DNA of 64,000 bases from a virus (Duplodnaviria > Caudoviricetes), in the IMG/VR virus record IMGVR_UViG_3300026546_000001, positions 32,001 through 96,000 of that record; one strand, 5' to 3'. A program made the translations under genes and the position numbers. How positions within the stretch are numbered: position 1 is the first letter of the stretch; every line of letters starts with the position of its first letter. A model generated the notes under the pieces. The model saw only the letters and a program-made list of their open reading frames with translations, did not search any database and was not told where the DNA came from. This document shows, piece after piece, positions 1 to 9,628 of this stretch.

Positions 1-363
1 GATGATAATGAATCTACACATAATGTAAAAAAATCTGTTAATTTTGAAGAAGAAGAACCTGTTGTACAAACCAATAATGATATTGAACAAAAATTAAATG
101 ATTGTATAAATGATTGTCAACAAATTTTAAATACATATAATGATGATAAATATAAAGCTGTTATAACACCAGCTGCATCTGCAGTTGAAATATCACAATT
201 ATGTTTAAATACAATTAAACGAAATTATGGTCCAGTTTCTGATATAAAAAATGTAACTAAGAAAATGTTACAACAATGCTCACAAGATTTTAAAAAAAAT
301 AGCCATATAGAAATGGCTATGCAATGTGCTGATAAATGCGATAAATGTATTAGTTCTTTATAA
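1..363 (+). CDS. 3' end of a gene truncated by the window start; Cys-rich helical C-terminus (DUF326/Csp-like spacing)
   Basis: Frame 1 is open from base 1 to TAA at 361-363 and reads ...LNDCINDCQQ...QLCL...QQCS...MQCADKCDKCISSL. It is not in the ORF track because it has no start in the window. Confidence 0.6.
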   Translation, partial: DDNESTHNVKKSVNFEEEEPVVQTNNDIEQKLNDCINDCQQILNTYNDDKYKAVITPAASAVEISQLCLNTIKRNYGPVSDIKNVTKKMLQQCSQDFKKNSHIEMAMQCADKCDKCISSL

Positions 364-414
364 TGTTTGTTTTCATAATTCTTTTTATTTTAACAAGTAA
401 ATATTTAAAAATAT

Positions 415-1593
415 TTACTTGTTTTTTTTTACATCAACATCAAATTGTTTAGCTAAAATGTTTTTAGCACCATCATATCCTTGTAAAATATATTTTCTAC
501 TTCCACGAGTTTCCAATATTTCTAAAGTAGTTAACACCTTAAAAAATTCTTTAGCTTCTGATTCAGATATAAATATTCCTTCTAATTTACAATTTGTAAC
601 AAAATCTTTAGCAGATTGAATTTGATTACCTGATTCTAATACATTAAATTTAGCTCGATATAAAATATCTAACATGTTATCCCACTTATACCATCTAGCT
701 AATTTAGGGTCATTTTGTAATTTTTCGTGCCATTCATCAATACTACGACGTTGAAAATATCTTCTAAACCAAACACCAAATATAATTATTATTTCAAATA
801 TTGATGAAAATATTACAAACTTTTGAGAACTAACTTGTGTTAATTCTGTTTGTTTTTCACTTTTTGTTGTAATATGTTCTTCAGCGTTTTTTATATCAGC
901 ATCCCTATCATCACGTAATTTTTGAATTTGTGCATCAACATCAGCTAATTCTTTATTATATCTTTCAATCGTTGCATCATAAGATGGTTTAAGAGACTCA
1001 ACTAAATCTTTATCTGTTTTCCAGGCCCGTTGTGAATATCGTTCAACTGCTTGGTTATACATTTTTATTGTTGGATCATTTAATTGACGTTCAACAATAG
1101 TATTTTTAATAGAATCATATTTTAAAATCTGTTGTTCATATTTATTATAAATAGAATCTCGTACTACATTTATATCCTGAAACGTTTCTTCTGATATTTT
1201 AGTAGTTTTATCTGCAAACTGCATTGCACCATTTAAACTAACATAAAAACTACCTGAATATAATAATAATGATACTAATGACAAAATTAAAAATTCTCCC
1301 GATGATTTTATACCATTTTTAACAACATCTTGAGCCCATTTATCAGTTATACTTCTTTTAAATATTTCATAAGCAGTTAAAAATGATAAAGAAATTGCAC
1401 CAATTAACCAAGGACTCCAATCTGGTTCAACGTTATATATTACATTATACACATAAAAAAATCCAAATGCTATAATAGCACCTTGAGCTAAATAACTAAA
1501 TAAAAAAGCACCGTTTTTTATACCAACCCAGTTTGTATAATAATCATTTGAATCTAATCTTTGTTTTAATTGTTTAAATTTACTAAAATCCAT
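415..1593 (-). CDS. Membrane protein with coiled coil (three N-terminal TM helices, long coiled coil, one further TM helix, soluble C-terminal domain)
   Basis: Hydrophobic segments at about aa 28-50, 60-78, 100-120 and 258-276; heptad-rich middle. Confidence 0.65.
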   Translation of the reverse strand: MDFSKFKQLKQRLDSNDYYTNWVGIKNGAFLFSYLAQGAIIAFGFFYVYNVIYNVEPDWSPWLIGAISLSFLTAYEIFKRSITDKWAQDVVKNGIKSSGEFLILSLVSLLLYSGSFYVSLNGAMQFADKTTKISEETFQDINVVRDSIYNKYEQQILKYDSIKNTIVERQLNDPTIKMYNQAVERYSQRAWKTDKDLVESLKPSYDATIERYNKELADVDAQIQKLRDDRDADIKNAEEHITTKSEKQTELTQVSSQKFVIFSSIFEIIIIFGVWFRRYFQRRSIDEWHEKLQNDPKLARWYKWDNMLDILYRAKFNVLESGNQIQSAKDFVTNCKLEGIFISESEAKEFFKVLTTLEILETRGSRKYILQGYDGAKNILAKQFDVDVKKNK

Positions 1594-1618
1594 AAATTTT
1601 ACATATCTTTATTATAGT

Positions 1619-1644
1619 TTATATAAAAATAAACTTATTTGTTT
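1619..1644 (-). promoter_or_regulatory. Putative phage promoter AAAC-N16-ATATAA
   Basis: Exact 16-nt spacing shared with at least ten other upstream regions. Confidence 0.6.
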
Positions 1645-1670
1645 AATACAGTATATATTTATACAAATTA

Positions 1671-1973
1671 TTATTTTATGTTAAATAATTTTTTATACCA
1701 CGGTTTACATTTTCGTAAACGCTTATGTAATTGTTTAATTATATGTCCATTTAAAGTCAATTTATGTTTAGTAGTTTCTAATTCTGTTGTAGTATAATTT
1801 AACTTATTTTCTAATTCATGTATCTTATGCTTAAGACTAGATTGTTCACTGTACATTTCACGCAATAAAGACTTAAAGCCCAATAAAAAATATTTATATT
1901 CGGCATCACTAAATTTTTCATTAAAATCATTAGTTAATAAAAAATCATATAAATCTTCTTTACTTTCAAACAT
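1671..1973 (-). CDS. Hypothetical coiled-coil protein
   Basis: 100-aa ORF starting 2 nt after the PolB stop. Confidence 0.6.
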   Translation of the reverse strand: MFESKEDLYDFLLTNDFNEKFSDAEYKYFLLGFKSLLREMYSEQSSLKHKIHELENKLNYTTTELETTKHKLTLNGHIIKQLHKRLRKCKPWYKKLFNIK

Positions 1974-1975
1974 AT

Positions 1976-3142
1976 TTAAAATAACGATAAATTAAATGTA
2001 AGTCTTGAATTTAATCTAGGTAATCCTAATGCTTCAATAAACATATTAACAATATTTAACACAGTTCTTTCAAATTGTTCGTCAACATCTATTTCAGGTG
2101 CAAATTCTTTTGGAAATAAACCTCTTGAATATGCAAATACATTATTACGTCTATCTTTACAATAATAATATTTAATTTTTTGTCCAGATGTTAATAAATT
2201 ATATTTCTTTTTATATTTTGAATTTTGATTAAGTAAATAATTGTGAAATATTGCAGCTTTAATATGAAATGGTGTTCCTAATGCATATTTAAATTCAACT
2301 TGATCATCTATACACCATTTATCATAATTATTTACACTACTTGTAGATGATATATCTTCAATATCAGCCATTATAAATTGTTGTTTAATTTCTCTAACTT
2401 TTTTATTCAATTCGCTAATTGACAATTCATGACGTGTATCTAAAATATATTTCATTAATTCTGTTAATTTTTCACGAACAAATAGTGGTGTTGATGATTT
2501 AACTAATTCTACACCTTTAGCATAAATATATTCTAAACGGTTGTAATAATAACCATCTTCATATACAATATTTTGAACATATCGTTTCTTTTCTAAAAAT
2601 AGTACAGATTCATCTATTCTTTCAAGTTCAAAATCTTGTATATTTTCTACGCCGTATTTATGTGCATATTCATCTAATTTTTCTTTAAAATAATCAGATA
2701 ATCTATGCTTATTTACTAATTCAACAAATTCAAGTGGTTCTCTATTCCAATTACAACTATCCATACCTGGTTGAAATCCAACAAATAATGAATCAGTATC
2801 TATATAAATACTAACTGGTTCTTTTTCTTTATCTAATTTTCTAGGCTTTTCAATTTGTAATGCTTTATGTAATTCATAATCAACATGCCACATATTATAC
2901 CAATAATATTCATTTACTTTATCCATATAATTAATTATTTCACGTCCCATTGATGTAATAGCATTTGCAATTTGCGGATTTGAAAAAACAAAATGAGAAT
3001 TTGCCATTGCTCCATATTCTCCATTAATAACTAATTTAAGTGCTAATTGCATAGCTTTATATCTATCTGCGTCGCGTTGAGCATCATTAATACGTTTTTC
3101 TAATTCTGCTATTTTATTTTTAGTTTCTTGAATATTAATCAT
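1976..3142 (-). CDS. Family B DNA polymerase, C-terminal subunit of a split enzyme (fingers/palm/thumb)
   Basis: Motif B ALKLVINGEYG, motif C YIDTDS, KKRY and KGVELVKSSTP as in T4 gp43. Exonuclease domain and motif A are absent. Confidence 0.9.
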   Translation of the reverse strand: MINIQETKNKIAELEKRINDAQRDADRYKAMQLALKLVINGEYGAMANSHFVFSNPQIANAITSMGREIINYMDKVNEYYWYNMWHVDYELHKALQIEKPRKLDKEKEPVSIYIDTDSLFVGFQPGMDSCNWNREPLEFVELVNKHRLSDYFKEKLDEYAHKYGVENIQDFELERIDESVLFLEKKRYVQNIVYEDGYYYNRLEYIYAKGVELVKSSTPLFVREKLTELMKYILDTRHELSISELNKKVREIKQQFIMADIEDISSTSSVNNYDKWCIDDQVEFKYALGTPFHIKAAIFHNYLLNQNSKYKKKYNLLTSGQKIKYYYCKDRRNNVFAYSRGLFPKEFAPEIDVDEQFERTVLNIVNMFIEALGLPRLNSRLTFNLSLF

Positions 3143-3166
3143 ATATTAAGATTATAAAATTTATTG

Positions 3167-3192
3167 TTATATTAAATATGTTTAAATTGTTT
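3167..3192 (-). promoter_or_regulatory. Putative phage promoter AAAC-N16-ATATAA upstream of the PolB C-terminal subunit
   Basis: Minus strand AAAC aatttaaacatattta ATATAA. Confidence 0.6.
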
Positions 3193-3209
3193 TTAATAAA
3201 TAATGTTTA

Positions 3210-3542
3210 TTAAAGTGAATTGATATATTTTAGATGTTTATTTCGTAAATATTCAGATTTAGAAAAACTTTTAATTAATTTTGATAATTTAAATATAAAA
3301 TCATTATGTTTTTTATTATACAATATCCATTCATTAAGAGCTGCTTTATAATTTTCTATTGGTTTAGTTATTTTTAAATCATTTTTATTTCTTAATATCA
3401 TCCATAAAATTAATTTATCATCATCATCAATTTTATTTAAAACATATTTACTTAAATATAATGTTGAATTATAATATTTTATTAATGAATATGATGGTTC
3501 AATTATTTTTATATTATATAATTCTGGTAAATCATCAAACAT
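3210..3542 (-). CDS. Hypothetical protein
   Basis: ORF with an AAAC-N16-ATATAA motif upstream (3570-3595). Confidence 0.55.
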   Translation of the reverse strand: MFDDLPELYNIKIIEPSYSLIKYYNSTLYLSKYVLNKIDDDDKLILWMILRNKNDLKITKPIENYKAALNEWILYNKKHNDFIFKLSKLIKSFSKSEYLRNKHLKYINSL

Positions 3543-3629
3543 AATTAAAGATATTATTCTTTCTTTATTTTATATAAATAAATTTATTTAAGTTTTTAAT
3601 TAAAATATATAATTAAACATATATTAGTT

Positions 3630-3986
3630 ATGTTAAAATATAAAAAGCTTATCTACAACAATAAAAATATAACTCTTCCTTCTGAAATTAAAAAAATATT
3701 ATATGCTAATAATTTTGATTGGTTATTAAAAGCAGAAATTGAAAATTCAATAATTGAAATAACTGAAAATGGAAATTTTATATGGCATATGGGATCTTGG
3801 TATAGAGGACATTGGTATGGACAACATTGGATTGATGGTGTTTGGTATGATGGTTATTGGCATCAAGGTGAATGGCATGATGGCATTTGGTATAATGGAG
3901 TTTGGATAAGTGGCATTTGGTATAACGGAGTTTGGAAAAAAGGAGTATGGAAAAATGGTGAGAAAAAAAACACCTATACCATATAA
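3630..3986 (+). CDS. WxxGx pentapeptide-repeat protein
   Basis: 12 consecutive five-residue repeats beginning with Trp (WHMGS WYRGH ... WKNGE). Confidence 0.75.
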   Translation: MLKYKKLIYNNKNITLPSEIKKILYANNFDWLLKAEIENSIIEITENGNFIWHMGSWYRGHWYGQHWIDGVWYDGYWHQGEWHDGIWYNGVWISGIWYNGVWKKGVWKNGEKKNTYTI

Positions 3987-4032
3987 TATTTCTATATAAC
4001 TGCATTAGCAGTATAAAATCTAATTAACTTTT

Positions 4033-4500
4033 ATGAAAACACTAAGAAATCGGCCAGAAGTTATTAATTACACTGATAACGTTATTTACGATAGCGATAT
4101 TGTAACAATTATTAACGAAGAAAATAAAAAATTATTTTTCCATATTAAGGATCGTCAATATTACACAGAAACATATAATGTTGCAGAAGCAGTTGCAATA
4201 TTAATGAGAATTAAATCTTTAAATTCAGATAATATATTATGGAATATAAAATTATCATCTGATGATAAAGAAATTGAATCGACATGTAATGTTATTTTAT
4301 GGTTAACTGGTGGACAAAAAACTTGGAATAAATTAAATTTAGATTGGTTAGATTATTATAATCATTTGGATTATGAATATAATTATCAAATTAAAAATAT
4401 TTTAAAAATGTCATCAAAATTAAAAGATGTAAAAATATTATTTGAAGATATTTTAAGTTTTGATAAATTATATAATTCAATTTTAAAATATTCAATTTAA
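4033..4500 (+). CDS. Hypothetical protein
   Basis: 155-aa ORF followed by a terminator. Confidence 0.6.
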   Translation: MKTLRNRPEVINYTDNVIYDSDIVTIINEENKKLFFHIKDRQYYTETYNVAEAVAILMRIKSLNSDNILWNIKLSSDDKEIESTCNVILWLTGGQKTWNKLNLDWLDYYNHLDYEYNYQIKNILKMSSKLKDVKILFEDILSFDKLYNSILKYSI

Positions 4501-4520
4501 AAGAAAAATAATTATTTACT

Positions 4521-4548
4521 AACGGCATTCAAATGAATGCCGTTTTTT
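4521..4548 (+). terminator. Intrinsic terminator
   Basis: AACGGCATTC-AAAT-GAATGCCGTT followed by a T-tract. Confidence 0.8.
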
Positions 4549-4575
4549 ATTACTACATATTTTAATATATACTTT

Positions 4576-5385
4576 ATGAAAAGAATTCATATTATTAATT
4601 TATTAAGTGTTATTAATGTTAAATATAAAATTGAAATATTTAATAAAAATAAGCCATATAAAATATTACTTAAATTACCATTTAGTGATTATGAACTTTT
4701 AAAATCAGGTTGGCAAAAATATAATAAACAAATTTTTTATAATGGTAATAAATTTTGGCTACATCCAAATATAATGACTAAATTAAAAATAACTAGTAAT
4801 GATTTATCTCAAATTGGATTAAGAATAAGTAATAATGAACAAAAAAAATATAAAATTAATACTTCAATATTAAAATTAATTCCTAGAAATGAACAAATTG
4901 TATTTATCGTTGAAGAATCAAATCTTTTTTCTATTAAAAACTATATTATTGATGAAATAGAAAATGAATTAAAAAATAAAGGATATAATATATTTCAATT
5001 TAAAACACTTCAAGAATATTATGAAAAAGGACTTATAACAGCACAAGTTTTATTAGAATATTTAACAGGACATAAAATAAAAAATGATAAATTTATAGAA
5101 ACGCCAGTTACACAATTTAACAAAGTAAATTATTACGATTCAGATCCTGATATTTTAAATTACATGAGTAATTTAGATGAATTATTAAAAAAATATTATG
5201 ATTCTTCTGATAAAGATATAAAAACAGATATTTATAGTGATTTAAAATATTCAGAAAGTAATTATTATTTAACATTATACCAAATTTTACCAAATAAGAA
5301 AAACTTAGTTAAAAAAGAATCTATAAAATTAGGAATACTTGATAAATTTAATTACTTAGAATCATTTTCAAGTTTCAATTCATAA
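4576..5385 (+). CDS. Hypothetical protein (start moved to ATG 4576)
   Basis: The track start at 4537 lies inside the terminator; ATG 4576 follows an AATATATA motif. Confidence 0.6.
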   Translation: MKRIHIINLLSVINVKYKIEIFNKNKPYKILLKLPFSDYELLKSGWQKYNKQIFYNGNKFWLHPNIMTKLKITSNDLSQIGLRISNNEQKKYKINTSILKLIPRNEQIVFIVEESNLFSIKNYIIDEIENELKNKGYNIFQFKTLQEYYEKGLITAQVLLEYLTGHKIKNDKFIETPVTQFNKVNYYDSDPDILNYMSNLDELLKKYYDSSDKDIKTDIYSDLKYSESNYYLTLYQILPNKKNLVKKESIKLGILDKFNYLESFSSFNS

Positions 5386-5409
5386 ACATTTTTACATTTA
5401 TTTTTATAA
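5384..5409 (+). promoter_or_regulatory. Putative phage promoter AAAC-N16-TTATAA upstream of the dCMP hydroxymethylase
   Basis: Same motif and spacing as the other replication-gene promoters. Confidence 0.55.
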
Positions 5410-5430
5410 TAATAAAATACTAATTAGTAT

Positions 5431-6138
5431 ATGATACAAAATGAATATGTTTTATTGTCTGAAATTTTTGATAAATTGTTTTCAAAATTAATAAATGAAG
5501 ATTTTATAATTGATGAACATGGTAATAAAACAATTGAATTAATAGCGCCAAGATTAGAGTTAAATCCAACTCAATATATACTAAATTTTAATGGACGAAA
5601 AACGCCTGTAAATTATTGTAAAGCTGAAGTTGAATGGTATAATTCACAAAGTTTATATGTTAAAGACATTCCTGGAAAAGTTCCAAAAATATGGGAAATA
5701 ATTGCAGATAAAAATGGAAAAATTAATAGTAATTATGGTTGGTGTATATATTCTGATGAAAATTATAATCAATATGAATCTTCATTACAAACATTATTAA
5801 ATGATAAAAATTCAAGACGTGCAACAATGATATATACACGTCCATCAATACAAGTAGATTATAATAAAGATGGTATGTCAGATTTTATATGTACATTTGC
5901 AACTCAACAACTTATTAGAAATAATGAATTACATTATATTGTAATGATGCGTTCTCAGGACGCAATATATGGATTTTTTAACGATTTTTATTGGCAAGGT
6001 GTAGTATATGAAAAATTTTATAATGATTTAAAGAAAAAATATTCTGATTTAAAAATTGGAAAAATGATTTGGATAGCTAATTCATTTCATGTATATGAAC
6101 GTCATTTTGATATGTTAAGAAAAATTATAAAAACTTAA
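5431..6138 (+). CDS. dCMP hydroxymethylase (T4 gp42 orthologue)
   Basis: Long blocks match T4 gp42 as I recall it: EWY.S.SL.VKDIPG..PKIW, INSNYGW, SRR..MIYTRPS.Q.DYNKDGMSDF.CT (catalytic Cys), MRS.D...GF.ND (dCMP-specifying Asp), HVY.RHF. Confidence 0.9.
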   Translation: MIQNEYVLLSEIFDKLFSKLINEDFIIDEHGNKTIELIAPRLELNPTQYILNFNGRKTPVNYCKAEVEWYNSQSLYVKDIPGKVPKIWEIIADKNGKINSNYGWCIYSDENYNQYESSLQTLLNDKNSRRATMIYTRPSIQVDYNKDGMSDFICTFATQQLIRNNELHYIVMMRSQDAIYGFFNDFYWQGVVYEKFYNDLKKKYSDLKIGKMIWIANSFHVYERHFDMLRKIIKT

Positions 6139-6530
6139 CGAATTAATTCTAATATGAAACTACACGAAAAATCTAAATCATATGTTACAGGATCAAATAA
6201 AAAATCTACAGAATATCTAGTTATTTGTGGAGTATAATCACTTTCATTTATAACTTTATCTAGTAATTTTCTAATTATAATTATATTTGTAATATTAAAA
6301 TTATTACTTGAAATATAATCTTCTATTTTAAAATTTAATGAATCGGCATCATATAATTGTATTGTTGTTTCTTTAGTTAAAGATAATTTTATATGATATT
6401 CGTATTTTTTATCAGAATACGAAATTATTTTTTGAATATCAAATACTTCATGTTTTTTTAAATACTCTTTAAAATCATTTAAAAAGTTTGGATTGTAGTT
6501 ATTTAAATATATTAAATCTAATATTTCCAT
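6135..6530 (-). CDS. Hypothetical protein
   Basis: Coupled to the deaminase by a TAATG overlap. Confidence 0.55.
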   Translation of the reverse strand: MEILDLIYLNNYNPNFLNDFKEYLKKHEVFDIQKIISYSDKKYEYHIKLSLTKETTIQLYDADSLNFKIEDYISSNNFNITNIIIIRKLLDKVINESDYTPQITRYSVDFLFDPVTYDLDFSCSFILELIR

Positions 6531-6955
6531 TATTCTAAGTCTGATTCATCTACTTTAACAACTTCAATATTATTAATTCTTAAAAAATCTAATCCTTCAG
6601 TATTTCTATATTCTTTAACATATAATATTCTTTTTATACCAGACTGAATTATTAATTTAGAACATTCTTTACACGGAGACATTGTGATATAAAGCGTAGC
6701 ATCTTTACAAGATATACCATTTTTTGCACATTTTAAAATTGCATTTGCTTCTGCATGTAATACATACCAATGTGTATTATTATGTTTATCTTCACATTTA
6801 TTTTCGTATTTAGATGGTGTTCCATTATATCCATCTGAAATAATCATTTTATCCTTTACAATCAATGCGCCAACTTTATTTCTTTTACAATAAGATAATT
6901 CAGACCAAGTTCCACACATTTTCAAATATGCTTTATCAAATTTAGATATATTCAT
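6530..6955 (-). CDS. dCMP deaminase
   Basis: Zinc motifs HAEANA and SPCKEC; VGALIV...GYNG; AAAC-N16-ATATAA upstream (6976-7001). Confidence 0.92.
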   Translation of the reverse strand: MNISKFDKAYLKMCGTWSELSYCKRNKVGALIVKDKMIISDGYNGTPSKYENKCEDKHNNTHWYVLHAEANAILKCAKNGISCKDATLYITMSPCKECSKLIIQSGIKRILYVKEYRNTEGLDFLRINNIEVVKVDESDLE

Positions 6956-6999
6956 ATAAATTATTATTTTAAAAATTATATAATATAATCTTATATTGT

Positions 7000-7260
7000 T
7001 TAAATAGACTTAGTAATTGCAACTCCAAACATTAATCCATCAGATTTTACAAATTTTGCACCATATTGAGCATTTTTACTATTATCAGCTCTTTTAGCAT
7101 AAGCAATACTTGTTAAACCTTTACTACTATTTTCAATAGTTTGTTCATCAATTACTTTTTGATCTTCTATTTTTTTAACTTCAACTTCAATATCATCATT
7201 TTCAGTTGAATCATCAATGGTTAAATAATCATCAATTCGTTGTGGTATTATTTTACTCAT
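7000..7260 (-). CDS. Hypothetical protein
   Basis: ATGA overlap with the upstream gene. Confidence 0.55.
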   Translation of the reverse strand: MSKIIPQRIDDYLTIDDSTENDDIEVEVKKIEDQKVIDEQTIENSSKGLTSIAYAKRADNSKNAQYGAKFVKSDGLMFGVAITKSI

Positions 7261-8015
7261 ATCTTTAAATTAGGTTTTTTGATTGGTTCAAACCACCAAT
7301 TAAAATACCAAAAATCAGATCCCTTTATTGAATATTCTTTATTATCTTTAAGTATTTTAATAACTTGATTTCTACTTACGGTATTATTATTGTTTAAATG
7401 TGTTGCAACAACTTTTACTTTATCACCTTGTTTTAAAAATTCTTTATTACCAATATTATTCCAAACACTTAAATTATCTTTTAATAAAACATAATCTCCA
7501 CGTTTTGGTTTAAACCATTTTTCTAATGTATGCTTTATCAAACCTGAAATTTTATTTACAAAAACTCTATTATTTGATTCAGATAAATTAGTTATAAATT
7601 TTGCCTTATAGTGACTTCCCCAATCTTTAAACGCACCATTATACACTTTATCAGGATCATCTTTAAATGAATATTCAAAATAAATATCAATACTTTCATT
7701 GTTATTGCGGTACATTCTATTTATTTTAAATTTATCTAATTTATAATCTTTATATTGAGATCCAATTTTAGATCCATCATCTACTGCAAAAACAGATTTT
7801 AAAATATCCATTAATCTATTTTGAGCATTTACAACATTATTTTTCCATCTATCAAATCCATTAGTAGATAATTGTGGATCATTTGGTTGTGTTGAGTCAG
7901 ATGCAATACCAGATCCTGATACACCAGTTGCAGATATATGATTAAAACCAAATTCAGTTAAATTTTCAACAATTTTTAATTCTTCCGAATATTCTTTAAA
8001 TCTTAATAATTTCAT
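7257..8015 (-). CDS. Hypothetical protein with CTS-like leader (putative virion protein)
   Basis: N-terminus MKLLRFKEYSEE; AATATATA upstream. Confidence 0.6.
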   Translation of the reverse strand: MKLLRFKEYSEELKIVENLTEFGFNHISATGVSGSGIASDSTQPNDPQLSTNGFDRWKNNVVNAQNRLMDILKSVFAVDDGSKIGSQYKDYKLDKFKINRMYRNNNESIDIYFEYSFKDDPDKVYNGAFKDWGSHYKAKFITNLSESNNRVFVNKISGLIKHTLEKWFKPKRGDYVLLKDNLSVWNNIGNKEFLKQGDKVKVVATHLNNNNTVSRNQVIKILKDNKEYSIKGSDFWYFNWWFEPIKKPNLKI

Positions 8016-8047
8016 ATATTATATATTAATACATAAAATTATAGTTT

Positions 8048-8626
8048 TTATAATGAAATATTATATGATAATCTATGAAATTCAGTATATCCATGCTCTT
8101 TAACTGCTAATTTATGATTTTTAGTTGGATATCCCTTATTTTTTTTCCATTCATACATAGGATATTGATCATCTAAATCTTTCATTAATCTATCACGATA
8201 TACTTTTGCTAAAATAGATGCTGCAGCGATTGATAAATATTTTCCATCACCTTTAACAATACATTCATATGGAATATTATTAAATTTTTTAAATTGATTT
8301 CCATCTACTAAAATAAATTCTGGTTTAGTTTTCAATTTACTAATTGCAGTATGCATTGCTAATATAGATGCTTCTAATATATTTATTCTATCAATTACAG
8401 ATTCACTTATTTGTGCTATAGCATAATCTATTGAATCATTTATAATAATGTTATAGAGATGCTCTCGTTGCTTTTCAGTTAATTTTTTTGAATCCTTTAT
8501 AAGATCATTCTTATAATCTTTAGGTAATATAACTGCTGCAGCAACAACGGGTCCTGCAATACAGCCACGACCTACTTCATCGCAGCCACATTCTAAATCT
8601 TTTCCTGAATAATTTGATTGTAACAT
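8048..8626 (-). CDS. rnhB: Ribonuclease HII
   Basis: GCDEVGRGCIAGPV, DSKKL, LVDGN, KGDGKYLSIAAASILAKVYRD, NKGYPT. Confidence 0.95.
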   Translation of the reverse strand: MLQSNYSGKDLECGCDEVGRGCIAGPVVAAAVILPKDYKNDLIKDSKKLTEKQREHLYNIIINDSIDYAIAQISESVIDRINILEASILAMHTAISKLKTKPEFILVDGNQFKKFNNIPYECIVKGDGKYLSIAAASILAKVYRDRLMKDLDDQYPMYEWKKNKGYPTKNHKLAVKEHGYTEFHRLSYNISL

Positions 8627-8655
8627 ATTACTTATATTTTTTTATAAATAAAAGT

Positions 8656-9549
8656 TTATTTTATTCTTCTTTTAAATGTAGATGTAGATGTAGATTTAGA
8701 TGGTCTACTATAAGATTTAGTACTTCTTTTAAATGTACTAGAATTTCTACTTGGACGTTTATATGAATTAGTGTATCTTTTTATTGTACTACTAGATTTA
8801 TATCTATTATACATTGGTCTTTTATATGTTGACGACCTAGTTGTTTTATATCTACTTAATGCAGATTTATTTGATGATTTATAAATTTTATTATAATTTG
8901 TATATCGTTTTGTTGTTGTATTTACTTTATTTGTAACAGATTTTACAAAACTAGAATTATTTTTATTATGCGTTTGTTTAACATTATTATTAGATGATAT
9001 TGAATTTAACAATACTGATTTATTAGTTCTTCTAGATTTTCGATTTGATATATTATTATTTATACTATGATTAAAATCTTTTCTAGGACCATAAATAACA
9101 TTATTATTAGTTCTAAAAGTATTATAATATGGAGAATACCAATAATTATAATATGGAGAATACATATAAAAATTATTATACAAATAATAATTATATGCAT
9201 AATATCGTGCAAATGATATTGGAAATCCGTAAAATCTTAACGTAGTATAAATATTATAAGGTGTATATCCATAAAAATAATTATCATACCAAAAATATGA
9301 TTCTATCCAATAAGGATCAAAAAACACATCATATAATGAATAATCATAATATGAATAAAATCCAGTATTATACGTCCAATTATACTTTAAATTATAATTA
9401 TTGTAATGTTCGTCAATTAATGAATCTTGTTCTGTTTTATAATTTGGATTATAATATAAGTCATCAATATATTGGGTGTTTTTAAATGATGAACAATTTG
9501 TAAATAATAATCCAAATAAAATGAATAATAATATATGTAATGATTTCAT
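8656..9549 (-). CDS. Putative lipoprotein with Tyr-rich core and Ser/Thr/Arg/Lys-rich tail
   Basis: Hydrophobic signal peptide ending LFTNC; low-complexity basic C-terminus. Confidence 0.65.
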   Translation of the reverse strand: MKSLHILLFILFGLLFTNCSSFKNTQYIDDLYYNPNYKTEQDSLIDEHYNNYNLKYNWTYNTGFYSYYDYSLYDVFFDPYWIESYFWYDNYFYGYTPYNIYTTLRFYGFPISFARYYAYNYYLYNNFYMYSPYYNYWYSPYYNTFRTNNNVIYGPRKDFNHSINNNISNRKSRRTNKSVLLNSISSNNNVKQTHNKNNSSFVKSVTNKVNTTTKRYTNYNKIYKSSNKSALSRYKTTRSSTYKRPMYNRYKSSSTIKRYTNSYKRPSRNSSTFKRSTKSYSRPSKSTSTSTFKRRIK

Positions 9550-9583
9550 AATCTTTTATTTATATTTTGTACATTATATATTT

Positions 9584-9609
9584 AAACAATATTAATATAT
9601 GTTATATAA
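9584..9609 (+). promoter_or_regulatory. Putative phage promoter AAAC-N16-ATATAA upstream of the recombinase
   Basis: AAAC aatattaatatatgtt ATATAA. Confidence 0.6.
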
Positions 9610-9628
9610 AAAATAAAAAATATATTAT

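Noticed and set aside
5431-6138. Second thymidylate synthase or dUMP hydroxymethylase
   Set aside because: It has Asp rather than Asn at the specificity position and gp42-specific blocks; a canonical thyA is present at 48002.
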